In this document: positions 63,946-64,000 of the stretch, in pieces
Layout: every line of letters starts with the position of its first letter
Numbering within the stretch: position 1 is the first letter of the stretch
Assembly (NCBI RefSeq): GCF_044704955.1
Contig: NC_091989.1
Coordinates: 111,352,001 to 111,416,000 of the forward strand
From: Pristiophorus japonicus
Lineage: Eukaryota
DNA length: 64,000 nt
Direction of reading: 5' to 3'
The notes under the pieces: model-generated
The model's input: the letters and a program-made list of their open reading frames with translations, nothing else
Databases searched by the model: none
Told to the model about the DNA's origin: nothing
Made by a program: the position numbers and the translations under genes

Positions 63946-64000
63946 TGTTCCTAATTGTTTTTTTGACTTCTCTCCTAATCTTTTCATTTTCTCCCTTTTC

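Overview
This is vertebrate genomic DNA, most likely from a shark or other elasmobranch. That is inferred from the repeats: abundant CR1/HER1-type LINEs with (TTTCTATG)n or (TTCTTATG)n tails, SacSINE1/DeuSINE-like SINEs, L2, RTE, a degenerate Ty3/Gypsy LTR element and a Harbinger-like DNA transposon. More than half of the window is transposon-derived, with several nested insertions, and most long ORFs in the track are LINE or Gypsy fragments or their antisense shadows. Two host genes can be assembled by hand from splice signals and reading phase. (1) A + strand, 4-exon gene (17973-39383, about 298 aa) encodes an RBR/IBR-type E3 ubiquitin ligase-like protein that ends in a CaaX box (CVIS). It is preceded by two copies of an AP-1-IRF composite element plus NF-kB module and has a candidate 3-nt microexon. 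(2) A - strand immunoglobulin-superfamily receptor has a C1-set exon (59008-59313), a TM exon and cytoplasmic exons with tyrosine motifs; its leader and V exons were not found in the window. The best novelty candidate is the putative immune-inducible, prenylated RBR ligase. All gene models are manual predictions with no transcript or database support.
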